This document shows positions 27,607 through 36,593 of a stretch of 56,999 bases of DNA, one piece after another. Each line of letters starts with the position of its first letter. Within the stretch, counting starts at the first letter, position 1. The translations under genes were made by a program, and so were the position numbers. The notes below the pieces were generated by a model. The model ran no database searches. It saw nothing but the letters and a program-made list of their open reading frames with translations, and was not told the DNA's origin. The stretch spans positions 1 to 56,999 of the forward strand of contig CANRBR010000001.1 of assembly GCA_947628915.1 (NCBI GenBank), read 5' to 3'. This DNA is from an uncultured Bacilli bacterium (GTDB lineage: Bacteria; Bacillota_I; Bacilli_A; RF39; UBA660).

Positions 27607-28899
27607 ATGGAAAATATTGATAATAAGAAATTGTTGAAAATAATAAGTTTGTGTATATTAATTGGAGTACCTTTTATAAAATTCTTTTCTATGAATTTAG
27701 AAATGTTTGGTATTGTTAATAATTATGATTACACTAATCCTGCTATAATATTATATATATCAGTTCCAATTTTATTATTTGTATATATAAATAATTTAAT
27801 TAAAACAAAAAGGAAATTAGACATTATTGATTATGTATTTTTCTTCCTTGTTATAGCAGGTATTATATCTACAATATTTTCGATTGACTATAAAATTGCT
27901 ATATTTGGTAAGGATTATAGACATGAAGGATTGTTGTCAATACTCAGTTATTATTTGCTTTTTATAAATTGGAGGTATAATGGAACTAAAGATGATATAA
28001 AATCTTTTATAAAAATTTTGGTAATTATTGCAATTTTAAATTCAATATATGCATTGTTACAAATATATACTGATTTTAATTTTATACTTAGATATTCAAA
28101 TGATAAGTATATGGCAATGGGCTTATGTGGAAATCCTAATTTTTTTGGAAGTTTTATTGTAACTATATTAGGTATTATTGTGTGTAATTTTTTAATGAAT
28201 GAAAAAATTAATTTAAAAGAAAGTTTAATAATAATTCTATTATTTATTTCTTTGATAAACGCACAATCTACAGGACCTTTTATAACCCTTTTAATAACTA
28301 TAATATTCCTTGCAATCTTTCTTCGTATAAAGAAAAAGCTTAATGTAAAAAAATTACTAATATTAAGTAGTATATTAATATTAACTTATCTATCAATATT
28401 TTTTATAAATAAATATGTATATAATATTCGTAGATGTGAAATGTGTGATTTAAATCAAACTATAAATGATGGTGGGAATGGAAGAGTTACAATATGGAAA
28501 AAAAGTTTGGGTATCGTTAAAGATAATTTTATAACTGGTGTTGGATTTGATAATTTTTATTTAGCTTATCCTAATACACCGATACAAGGTGCGATTGCAT
28601 TTACATTTACTGAAAATAATATTATTAAAGTACCAAATAATAGTTATTTGTTAGTAGATAATGCTCATAATGTATATCTTCATACACTTACAACAACTGG
28701 CATTTTAGGACTTATTCCATATTTATTACTTTGTTTAATAACATTTATTAAGGGACTTAAATCTAAAAATAAATTGATGTTTCTATTACTAAGTGGTTTT
28801 GTTGCTTATAGTATTCAAGCATTTGCTAATATAAGCGTAATACAAGTCGCACCTATATATTATTTAATAATAGGGCTTATGTTATCAATAAAAGATTAA
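27607..28899 (+). CDS. O-antigen ligase/polymerase-like (Wzy_C) integral membrane protein
   Basis: About 10-12 hydrophobic segments. The loop carries GVGFDNFYLAYP and VDNAHNVYLHTLTTTGILGL. Confidence 0.7.
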   Translation: MENIDNKKLLKIISLCILIGVPFIKFFSMNLEMFGIVNNYDYTNPAIILYISVPILLFVYINNLIKTKRKLDIIDYVFFFLVIAGIISTIFSIDYKIAIFGKDYRHEGLLSILSYYLLFINWRYNGTKDDIKSFIKILVIIAILNSIYALLQIYTDFNFILRYSNDKYMAMGLCGNPNFFGSFIVTILGIIVCNFLMNEKINLKESLIIILLFISLINAQSTGPFITLLITIIFLAIFLRIKKKLNVKKLLILSSILILTYLSIFFINKYVYNIRRCEMCDLNQTINDGGNGRVTIWKKSLGIVKDNFITGVGFDNFYLAYPNTPIQGAIAFTFTENNIIKVPNNSYLLVDNAHNVYLHTLTTTGILGLIPYLLLCLITFIKGLKSKNKLMFLLLSGFVAYSIQAFANISVIQVAPIYYLIIGLMLSIKD

Positions 28900-28941
28900 C
28901 TTATTTAAACCTTTTACATACACTAATGTAGGAGGTTTTTT

Positions 28942-29184
28942 ATGGCTTTTTCGGATTCTTTTTTTAATAGAGTAGAGAAAAGAACTAATGTGGGTAAGGA
29001 TACTATAATGGACCTTGCTAAAAAATTGCAACAAAACGATTTAAAGAATGAGGGTACACTTAGAGAGGTTATACAAACTTTAAGTAAAATGACAGGTAGG
29101 GATGTATCAAAAGAGCAAGAAGATAAGATAATAAATGCAGTAGTTCAAGATAAAGTACCTAAAGATATCGATAAGTTAATATAG
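28942..29184 (+). CDS. spoVIF: Stage VI sporulation protein F-like
   Basis: FFNRVEKRTNVGKDTIMDLAKKLQQNDLKNEGTLREVIQTLSKMTGRDVSKEQEDKII parallels B. subtilis SpoVIF. 80 aa. Confidence 0.6.
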   Translation: MAFSDSFFNRVEKRTNVGKDTIMDLAKKLQQNDLKNEGTLREVIQTLSKMTGRDVSKEQEDKIINAVVQDKVPKDIDKLI

Positions 29185-29230
29185 TTAACTTTTTCTTTTA
29201 CTTTTGTGTTAAAATATAGATGGTGGTCTT

Positions 29231-30205
29231 ATGTTTAAAATAGGAAATGTAGAGATAAAAAATAGAGTAGTACTTGCTCCTATGGCAGGAATAAGTAATA
29301 GTGCGTTTAGAAGAATTATAAAAGAAATGGGTGCGGGATTAATAGTTGCAGAGATGGTTAGTGATAAAGCAATTATGTATGGAAATGAGAAGACTAAAGA
29401 TATGCTTTATATGACTGATTTTGAAAGACCTATCTCACAGCAGATATTTGGAAGTGATAAAGAATCTTTTGTTATAGCTGCTAAGTATATAGAAGAAAAT
29501 ATGCACCCAGATATAATAGATATAAATATGGGATGTCCTGTACCTAAGGTTGCTATATCTAGTCAAGCAGGGAGTGCTTTACTAAAAGACCCAGAAAAGG
29601 TCTATGATATAGTAAGTGCGGTTGTTAAATCTGTTAGTGTACCTGTTACAGTTAAAATAAGAAGTGGTTGGGATGAGAAAAGTATTAATGCAATAGAAAT
29701 TGCTAAAGTAGTAGAGAAGGCTGGTGCAAGCGCTATTACAGTACATCCTAGAACAAGAAAGCAAGGATATAGTGGTGAAGCCGACTGGAGTATAATTAAA
29801 AGTGTTAAAGAAAATGTAAATATACCAGTAATAGGTAATGGAGATATAAAAAGTTGTTATGATGCTAAAAGGATGCTTGATGAGACTCATTGTGATGCAG
29901 TAATGATAGGTAGAGGAGTATTAGGAAACCCTTGGCTTATAAAAGAATGTGTAGACTATTTAGAAAATGGCATACAACCTCAAGAAGTTACTTTAGAAGA
30001 AAAAATAGATATGATAAAAAGACATTTAGAACTTTTAATAGAAACAAAACCTTATAAAGTGGCTATGCTTGAGATAAGAAGTCATGCATCTTGGTATTTA
30101 AAAGGATTAAAGAATTCCAAAGAATTAAAAGAGGCTATATTTAAAACTGAAACTAAAGAAGAGTTAATAAGTTTACTAGATAAATATTTGAAATATAATA
30201 AATAA
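29231..30205 (+). CDS. dusB: tRNA-dihydrouridine synthase
   Basis: VLAPMAGISNSAFR, DINMGCP, VTVKIRSGWD, ITVHPRTR. Confidence 0.88.
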   Translation: MFKIGNVEIKNRVVLAPMAGISNSAFRRIIKEMGAGLIVAEMVSDKAIMYGNEKTKDMLYMTDFERPISQQIFGSDKESFVIAAKYIEENMHPDIIDINMGCPVPKVAISSQAGSALLKDPEKVYDIVSAVVKSVSVPVTVKIRSGWDEKSINAIEIAKVVEKAGASAITVHPRTRKQGYSGEADWSIIKSVKENVNIPVIGNGDIKSCYDAKRMLDETHCDAVMIGRGVLGNPWLIKECVDYLENGIQPQEVTLEEKIDMIKRHLELLIETKPYKVAMLEIRSHASWYLKGLKNSKELKEAIFKTETKEELISLLDKYLKYNK

Positions 30206-30231
30206 TTTAGTATAATTATTATGGTGATAGT

Positions 30232-31164
30232 ATGGATAAAAATTCAGAGAATATGGAAAAATATTTAGAAAATCTAGATAATATGGAAAAATTTTTTAAA
30301 TATGATATAGAAGTTAAAAATATATTACACTCTACTTATCCTAAAGAAGAGTATAGATATAGTAAAGAAACTCTAATAGAATATAGTGATTCTCTTTTTA
30401 AAGCACTCAATGATATAGAATACTATATAGGAGCTATTTTAGATAAATTTGATTTTTTAGAGCCTGATAAAAAGTATTTTAAAAATCTTATAAGTGCATA
30501 TAAAGATGAATTGATTAAAAGTGGGTATGACTTTAATAAACTAAAACATTTTCATGATGTTTGTTTTGCTAATATGCGTGAAGATTTAGTAAACAAAGTA
30601 GGTGAGAATTGTTTCGGTGAAGGTGGATGGGGAGTATCTTTGAATGAGGCTAAATCACTTAATGAGGTACTTCATGTAGTACATCAAACGATTGTTAATA
30701 ATCAAAATAATTATAGAAATTTACCAGTACTTGCAAGTAAAAAAAATAATGAAGGAAATAATATAACTCTATATGGTACTCCAAATGAAATATCAGATAA
30801 AATATTTTTATCTTTTCCAGAAGCTTTAAATACTGATTATGTCGAGATAATGTCTTTAAAAGATGATAAAGTAATAATGATGGTAAGAGATGTTGGACAT
30901 GCATTAAGTATTGAAATAGAAAAAGAAAATGATAAATATTATGTAAAATACTATATACCTAAGATATGTAATATAGATATGGTTAATAATTTAAAAGGGG
31001 TAAATAAAGTTACTAAAGAATCTAGATATACTGTTGGAATGTTTGAAACAACACCAGATAAACTACCTTTAGAAATTGCTGATTTTGTTTTAAAGGTACC
31101 AACTGACAATGATATGTATATTAAAGGTGGAAGTTTGTATAGAGAGGAAGGAATTCAAAAATAA
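30232..31164 (+). CDS. Hypothetical protein (310 aa)
   Basis: Long ORF with RBS ggtga. No recognisable motif. Confidence 0.55.
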   Translation: MDKNSENMEKYLENLDNMEKFFKYDIEVKNILHSTYPKEEYRYSKETLIEYSDSLFKALNDIEYYIGAILDKFDFLEPDKKYFKNLISAYKDELIKSGYDFNKLKHFHDVCFANMREDLVNKVGENCFGEGGWGVSLNEAKSLNEVLHVVHQTIVNNQNNYRNLPVLASKKNNEGNNITLYGTPNEISDKIFLSFPEALNTDYVEIMSLKDDKVIMMVRDVGHALSIEIEKENDKYYVKYYIPKICNIDMVNNLKGVNKVTKESRYTVGMFETTPDKLPLEIADFVLKVPTDNDMYIKGGSLYREEGIQK

Positions 31165-31170
31165 TAAAGA

Positions 31171-31866
31171 CTAAATATCTTTATTATTTTTTAGGAATTC
31201 TCTTAAGATTTTAGTAAGAGCTCTTTTTTCTATTCTAGATACATAACTTCTTGAAATATTAAGTTTTTTTGCTATTTCTTTTTGTGTTATTTCGTCGTTA
31301 TCAGAAAGTCCATATCTTGCAATAATAATCTCTTTTTCTCTAGGTGTTAAAACACTTAGATATTTTTTTAAATCCTCTATATTGTTTTCTTTATGTATGT
31401 CTAGAGCAAAATCGGGTGCTGGTGTCTTTAATATATCTAGTATAGTTATTTCATTACCTTCCTTATCAAATCCTACTGATTCATTAATACTTATATCTTT
31501 ACTTCTTTTTTTATTATTTCTAAAATACATCAATACTTCATTTTCAATACATCTTGCCGCATAAGTAGTAAGTCTTGTGTTTTTCTTTTTAGAATAACTA
31601 TCAACGCCTTTAATAAGTCCAATAGTTCCAATACTAATTAAATCATCAGTATCTTCGTTTTTATTATCGTATTTCTTAACTATATGTGCGACTAATCTTA
31701 AGTTGTGTTCTATAAGTTTAGAACGTGCCTCTTTATCTCCCAAGTTAGCCTTTTCAACATATAAATCTTCTTCTTCTTTAGAAAGTGGTTCGGGGAAACT
31801 ATTATTAGAATATGCAGCAGTAAAGATATAAAAATCTTTAAAAAGTTTTTTAATAAAATTAAACAT
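31171..31866 (-). CDS. sigK: Sporulation sigma factor, pro-SigK-like (uninterrupted)
   Basis: Pro-sequence MFNFIKKLFKDFYIFTAAYSNNSFPEPL, then LIEHNLRLVAHIVKKY, DLISIGTIGLIKGVDSY, TYAARCIENEVLMYFR. This is closer to SigK than to SigE. RBS gaggtg precedes the ATG at 31866. Confidence 0.8.
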   Translation of the reverse strand: MFNFIKKLFKDFYIFTAAYSNNSFPEPLSKEEEDLYVEKANLGDKEARSKLIEHNLRLVAHIVKKYDNKNEDTDDLISIGTIGLIKGVDSYSKKKNTRLTTYAARCIENEVLMYFRNNKKRSKDISINESVGFDKEGNEITILDILKTPAPDFALDIHKENNIEDLKKYLSVLTPREKEIIIARYGLSDNDEITQKEIAKKLNISRSYVSRIEKRALTKILREFLKNNKDI

Positions 31867-31989
31867 AAAACACCTCAAAATAATATATGCTTTACACATT
31901 TTGTCCTATGAAGTGTAAAATCAAATACTATATTTTATAAAATATTGCATAAAATAAAAATATTAGATAAAATTAGTATAGGTGGTAAT

Positions 31990-32424
31990 ATGGTAAGTAA
32001 TACAGTTAAAGAGAATGAAGAATATTTAAGCGATGCAATTAAAAGTGGAGTAAGTGGTGAGGCAGTTAACTCGACACTTGAAGATGTTGCAGCTAAAGCA
32101 GATGAATTAGGTAAAACACCAGTTCAGTTAAAAGAATCAGTAGAAGTTATAACTGAAATGAAAAGTGATTTAAAAAAGAGTAATAGTGATGAGTATAAAT
32201 CTACTTTAGTAAAAGAAAATAGTGAAAAAATAAAGAGTGCTTTAGAAATTGGAATTACTCCAGTTGAGGTTCAAACGACTCTTAATAAATCCTTAGATGA
32301 TTCTAATACTAAAAAAGGTAAGAAACATTTAAATTTTATAGTTAAATTAGTATCTAAAATGAAAAAGAAGGAGTTAACACTCTCAAAAGAAAATGAAAAA
32401 GGTGTACAAAAAGTAAAAAAATAA
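31990..32424 (+). CDS. Hypothetical charged protein (144 aa)
   Basis: RBS aggtgg precedes the ATG at 31990. No recognisable motif. Confidence 0.5.
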   Translation: MVSNTVKENEEYLSDAIKSGVSGEAVNSTLEDVAAKADELGKTPVQLKESVEVITEMKSDLKKSNSDEYKSTLVKENSEKIKSALEIGITPVEVQTTLNKSLDDSNTKKGKKHLNFIVKLVSKMKKKELTLSKENEKGVQKVKK

Positions 32425-32500
32425 AATTAATATATATTAAAGGTAGTAGATTGTTTGACTATCCTTTTTTGTATAAGTATAAAAAAAGAAGTTATTACTT

Positions 32501-32815
32501 CTATCTATTAAAAAGTTCGCTATGGCTTCCAGTTTCAAAAAGTAGTAATACTAGTTCATCATCTTGATATTTATAAACTAATAACCAATCAGGTTCTATG
32601 TGACATTCTCTACAGTTTTTATAACGCTTGTTGTTAATTAAGATATGGTCTTTGTACTTTGGTTCTAATTCTTCACCATTTGCAAGTTTGTTAACTACAT
32701 ATTTGAGTTTTGATATATCTTTCCCTTGTTTTTTTAATAATTTATATTCTTTATTAAATTTAGAAGTAGAATCTACTTTATATTTAGTAGTTTTAATATC
32801 CAATGCTGTTTTCAT
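32501..32815 (-). CDS. YafQ/RelE-family mRNA interferase toxin
   Basis: FNKEYKLLKKQGKDISKLKYVVNKLANGEELEPKYKDHIL...CRECHIEPDWLLVYKYQDDELVLLLFETGSHSELF. Start moved to the ATG at 32815, 4 nt after the antitoxin stop. Confidence 0.8.
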   Translation of the reverse strand: MKTALDIKTTKYKVDSTSKFNKEYKLLKKQGKDISKLKYVVNKLANGEELEPKYKDHILINNKRYKNCRECHIEPDWLLVYKYQDDELVLLLFETGSHSELFNR

Positions 32816-32819
32816 ATTT

Positions 32820-33110
32820 TTATTCTTTATCCAAATATTCAAATAACTCATTAGGTGTGTTATATGGTTTTCTTTTACCACTTTTTATCTCTTTTATAAT
32901 ATGCTCGCCCTCTTTTAATGCTTTCTTTAATTTTCTACTAGGTTTAGGATTAACTACTTCAAAAGGAACGCCATCTCTTTTAACAACTTGAGCTAAAGCC
33001 ATATTAATGAATGTACTCATATTTAATCCTAATCCTTTTAAAATTTCAGTAGCTTGATTTTTAATTTCTGTATCAACATTAACATTAATCGCACTTGTTA
33101 AACTAGACAT
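32820..33110 (-). CDS. RelB/DinJ-family antitoxin
   Basis: INVNVDTEIKNQATEILKGLGLNMSTFINMALAQVVKRDGVPFEV. Confidence 0.8.
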   Translation of the reverse strand: MSSLTSAINVNVDTEIKNQATEILKGLGLNMSTFINMALAQVVKRDGVPFEVVNPKPSRKLKKALKEGEHIIKEIKSGKRKPYNTPNELFEYLDKE

Positions 33111-33133
33111 AATCTCATCTCACTTTCTATTTA

Positions 33134-33162
33134 ATAGTAACACATCCCTCAATAAATGTCAA
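33134..33162 (-). promoter_or_regulatory. Promoter of the DinJ/YafQ operon
   Basis: On the - strand: TTGACA, 17-nt spacer, TACTAT. Confidence 0.55.
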
Positions 33163-33169
33163 TAATTTT

Positions 33170-33191
33170 AACTACATACTAACTACATACT
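33170..33191. repeat. Tandem 11-bp direct repeat just upstream of the TA promoter
   Basis: aactacatact occurs twice with no gap (33170-33180 and 33181-33191). Confidence 0.8.
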
Positions 33192-33333
33192 ATCTTTATC
33201 TATATTATACGCAAATACTTATAAATTATGCGTTTTAAAAGTTTAAAAATATATAACTATATTGACTTATAAAGTGTAAAGTGATAAAATTAGAACATAA
33301 ATTACAAAGGATTAATAAATTTTGGAGGCCAAT

Positions 33334-34623
33334 ATGATAGATATTAAATTAATAAGAGAAAACAAGGAGTTAGTAAAAGAAAATATAAGAAAGAAATTTC
33401 AAGATGAAAAGTTACCTATAGTAGATGAAATAGAAAAACTTGATTTAGAATATCGTGTGTGCAAGAAAAAGGGCGATGATTTAAGAGCGCTTAAAAACTC
33501 TAAAAGTAGTGAGATAGGACTTCTTATGAGAGAAGGTAAAAAAGATGAAGCAGAGTCTATTAAAGAAGAAGTCTCTAAATATGGTAGTGAGCTTGAAGAG
33601 TTAGGTAAAAAAGAAGAAGAGTTAGAACTTGAAATAAAGAAAAAAATGATGATTATTCCAAATATAATAGATGAGAGTGTTCCTATTGGAAAAGATGATA
33701 GTGAGAACGTTGAAATAGAAAGATTTGGAGAGCCTAAAGTACCAGACTATGAAATACCATATCACGCAGACATAATGAATAAATTAAATGGACTTGATAA
33801 AGATGCATCATCAAGAACTAGTGGAAATGGATTTTATTATTTAATGGGAGATATTGCAAGACTATCAAGTGCGATGTTAAGCTATGCGAAAGACTATATG
33901 ATAGATAAAGGATTTATATACTGTATCCCACCTTTTATGATTAGAAGTGATGTAGTAAATGGTGTTATGTCATTCGCTGAAATGGATGCGATGATGTATA
34001 AAATAGAAGGTGAAGATTTATATCTAATTGGTACAAGTGAACACTCTATGATAGGTAAATTCAAAGGAGAAATAATAAAAGAAGAAGAACTTCCTATAAC
34101 AATGACATCATATTCACCATGCTTTAGAAAAGAAGTAGGTGCGCATGGGCTAGAAGAAAGAGGTATATATAGGGTTCATCAATTTGAAAAACAAGAAATG
34201 ATTGTATTATGTAAGCCTGAAGAGTCTATGGAGTGGTACAACAAGATGTGGAAATACACAGTAGATATATTTAGAAATATGGATATACCAGTAAGACAAC
34301 TAGAATGTTGTAGTGGTGATTTAGCAGATTTAAAGGTTAAGTCTTGTGATATAGAAGCATGGAGTCCAAGACAAAAAAAATACTTCGAAGTAGGTAGTTG
34401 TTCAACTCTAGGTGATGCTCAAGCAAGAAGACTTGGAATAAGAGCAAAAGGAGAAAATGGTAATTATTTCGTACACACTCTAAATAACACAGTACTCGCA
34501 AATACACGTGCCCTTATTGCTTTAATTGAGAATAACTATAATGAAGATGGAAGTATAAATATTCCAAAAGTACTTAGACCATATATGGGTGGTAAAGAAA
34601 GAATAGAAGTTAAGATGAGTTAA
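33334..34623 (+). CDS. serS: Seryl-tRNA synthetase
   Basis: N-terminal coiled coil, FYYLMGDIARL, GTSEHS, FRKEVGAHG, HQFEKQEM, GSCSTLGDAQARR. RBS ggagg precedes the ATG at 33334. Confidence 0.92.
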   Translation: MIDIKLIRENKELVKENIRKKFQDEKLPIVDEIEKLDLEYRVCKKKGDDLRALKNSKSSEIGLLMREGKKDEAESIKEEVSKYGSELEELGKKEEELELEIKKKMMIIPNIIDESVPIGKDDSENVEIERFGEPKVPDYEIPYHADIMNKLNGLDKDASSRTSGNGFYYLMGDIARLSSAMLSYAKDYMIDKGFIYCIPPFMIRSDVVNGVMSFAEMDAMMYKIEGEDLYLIGTSEHSMIGKFKGEIIKEEELPITMTSYSPCFRKEVGAHGLEERGIYRVHQFEKQEMIVLCKPEESMEWYNKMWKYTVDIFRNMDIPVRQLECCSGDLADLKVKSCDIEAWSPRQKKYFEVGSCSTLGDAQARRLGIRAKGENGNYFVHTLNNTVLANTRALIALIENNYNEDGSINIPKVLRPYMGGKERIEVKMS

Positions 34624-34702
34624 CTTCTTTTTAATATTCAAATAAAACTGATTTATTAACTATTTATCTTTTAACACATATATTAAATAGAGGAGTGATT
34701 TG

Positions 34703-35623
34703 ATGAATTACGATTATAAATTTGGTAATAAATTTTATAATTATTATGATAATTTCGGAATAGAGAGTACTGAGTATTCTATAATAGCACCCGAACAATC
34801 TCAACCTGAACAACCTGGACTTGAATATATAATGTATCCAAGACCTATATTTGATAATCCTAATTATGTAGGTTCAGGTAGATTAAAAGATAAAGTTGCA
34901 ATTATAACAGGAGGGGATAGTGGACTTGGGAGAGCTGCTGCAGTTGCTTTTGTAAAAGAAGGAGCTAAAGTAGTAATACCTTACTATAATGAACATGTAG
35001 ATGCAGAAGAGACAAAAAGATATATAGAATCTTTAGGTGGAGAATGTTTACTACTTTCTGGAGATATATCTGATAAAAATTTTTGTAAAAAAATAGTTGA
35101 AGCAACTATAAATAGATTTGGTAAAATAAATATACTTGTTAACAATGCTGGAGTTCAGTATCAACAAGATAGTTTAGAATGTATTTCAGATGAACAGTTT
35201 GATAGAACTATGAAGGTAAATATATATGGAATGTTTTATTTAACAAAAGAGGTTTTGCCTTATTTAAATTCAGGAGATTCTATAATTAATCTATCTTCAG
35301 TTACAACATTTTATGGGGATCCACAGCTTATTGATTACGTTACTACTAAAGGAGCTATAGTTGGATTTACAAGGGCTCTTTCACGTAATTTAGCTTTGAA
35401 AAATATTAGAGTAAATGCAATCGCACCTGGATTTTTTTGGACACCACTACAACCTGCTTGTTGGGTAAAAGAAAAAATCCCATCACTGGGTGCGGATGCT
35501 GCTATGGCAAGAGGGGCGATGCCTTATGAACTTGCACCTACATTTGTATTTTTAGCAAGTGATGATTCTAGTTATATGACAGGGCAGGTTATACATAATA
35601 ATGGTGGGCAAGTAATGGGATAA
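34703..35623 (+). CDS. SDR-family oxidoreductase (YhdF / general-stress-protein-39-like)
   Basis: TGGDSGLGRAAA (TGxxxGxG), NNAG, YVTTK (YxxxK). Confidence 0.8.
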   Translation: MNYDYKFGNKFYNYYDNFGIESTEYSIIAPEQSQPEQPGLEYIMYPRPIFDNPNYVGSGRLKDKVAIITGGDSGLGRAAAVAFVKEGAKVVIPYYNEHVDAEETKRYIESLGGECLLLSGDISDKNFCKKIVEATINRFGKINILVNNAGVQYQQDSLECISDEQFDRTMKVNIYGMFYLTKEVLPYLNSGDSIINLSSVTTFYGDPQLIDYVTTKGAIVGFTRALSRNLALKNIRVNAIAPGFFWTPLQPACWVKEKIPSLGADAAMARGAMPYELAPTFVFLASDDSSYMTGQVIHNNGGQVMG

Positions 35624-35786
35624 AAAATGACTATAATGGTCGTTTTTATTATATAAAAAATCTAAATATCGTTACACATCTTATAAGTTATTTTGACAAA
35701 AATAGATAAATAATGTAGTATATTGATTGAAAAATTGAAAATATTGTTTTAGCTTTAATTAAAAATTTTTTGTATGGAGGCTAACT

Positions 35787-36275
35787 ATGAGTGAATATAA
35801 AATAATAACTAAAAAAGATTATTGTAAAAATAAAAACAAATATTTAAATATGATTAAACAATTATTTAAAAACGATGATTCAAAGATAGCAAATCTAAAA
35901 GAAATTAGTGAGCATTTAAACTTTATATTTAATCAAGATAATGATTCTATGCTAATTTTAAATGTTGAAGGTGAAAAAATAATTTCAATGATTAATTTTT
36001 TACAATATAACAATGTAGATAACCTTTGGTGTTTATTTAGCTTGTTTACTTTAAAAAGTGAAAGAAAAAAAGGATATGGAGAACAAATATTAAGATATGG
36101 TATTAATGAGGTTAAAAAGAAAAATGCAAAATTATTAATATCTGGTATAGAAAAAGGAAACAAAGAATCAATTAGATTACATGAAAAAGTAGGATTTACT
36201 TTTTCTGGAAAAATGTGGAATGAACTTGCTTGTGGCTTTCCAGAAAATTATTTAGGATATATTATAGAATTTTAA
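35787..36275 (+). CDS. GNAT-family N-acetyltransferase
   Basis: SERKKGYGEQILRYGI (acetyl-CoA binding R-x-x-G-x-G), 162 aa. RBS ggagg. Confidence 0.7.
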   Translation: MSEYKIITKKDYCKNKNKYLNMIKQLFKNDDSKIANLKEISEHLNFIFNQDNDSMLILNVEGEKIISMINFLQYNNVDNLWCLFSLFTLKSERKKGYGEQILRYGINEVKKKNAKLLISGIEKGNKESIRLHEKVGFTFSGKMWNELACGFPENYLGYIIEF

Positions 36276-36297
36276 AAAACTTGCCTAAGCAAGTTAT
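36274..36297. terminator. Hairpin between the GNAT gene and the tRNA remnant
   Basis: Perfect 7-bp stem aacttgc/gcaagtt with loop ctaa. On the - strand a T-run follows, as expected for the terminator of the original minus-strand tRNA gene. Confidence 0.5.
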
Positions 36298-36306
36298 TAC
36301 CTTAAA

Positions 36307-36351
36307 TGGTGTCCCAGAAGAGATTCGAACTCCTGACACTCGCCTTAGAAG
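36307..36351 (-). other. Truncated tRNA-Arg(UCU)-like 3' fragment, putative att junction of the ICE
   Basis: The - strand reads cttctaa-ggcga-gtgtc-aggag-ttcgaat-ctctt-ctgggac-a-cca: anticodon loop (TCT), 3' anticodon stem, variable loop, T arm, acceptor strand and CCA. The matching 5' half (gtcccag...) is absent and AT-rich element DNA takes its place. Confidence 0.7.
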
Positions 36352-36513
36352 TATTTTGATTAGTTTTGATACTTGATTTGAATATAGGGATATTATATCC
36401 CAAAAGCCTTTTAAAAATAAGACTTTTTCAAGAACATTCAAACAACTAAATTATATATCTTTTTTAAAATAATGTCAATTATTTTAATTCATTTTAAATT
36501 ATTTTTAGAAAAG

Positions 36514-36558
36514 TGGGGACTAAAATGGGGACTAAAAACGAAAAAAGTGGGGACTAAA
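36514..36558. repeat. Three direct repeats TGGGGACTAAA next to the integrase gene (candidate arm-type sites)
   Basis: Copies at 36514-36524, 36526-36536 and 36548-36558, 36 nt from the integrase stop codon. Confidence 0.7.
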
Positions 36559-36593
36559 CAAAAGTTGATCGCTTTTGATTAATCCCAAGTAAA

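Noticed and set aside
31171-31899. Possible interruption of sigK by a skin-like element
   Set aside because: The ORF is continuous from the pro-sequence through region 4 (...ISRSYVSRIEKRAL...), so there is no intervening element.
33111-33333. Expected T-box leader upstream of serS
   Set aside because: The region is only about 220 bp. It holds the divergent TA promoter and a serS promoter, and I found no T-box sequence or specifier/antiterminator structure.
36514-36558. TGGGGACTAAA repeats as a possible mini CRISPR array
   Set aside because: The repeats are only 11 bp with 1-11 bp between them, so there are no spacer-sized units and no cas genes. Their position beside int fits recombinase arm sites.
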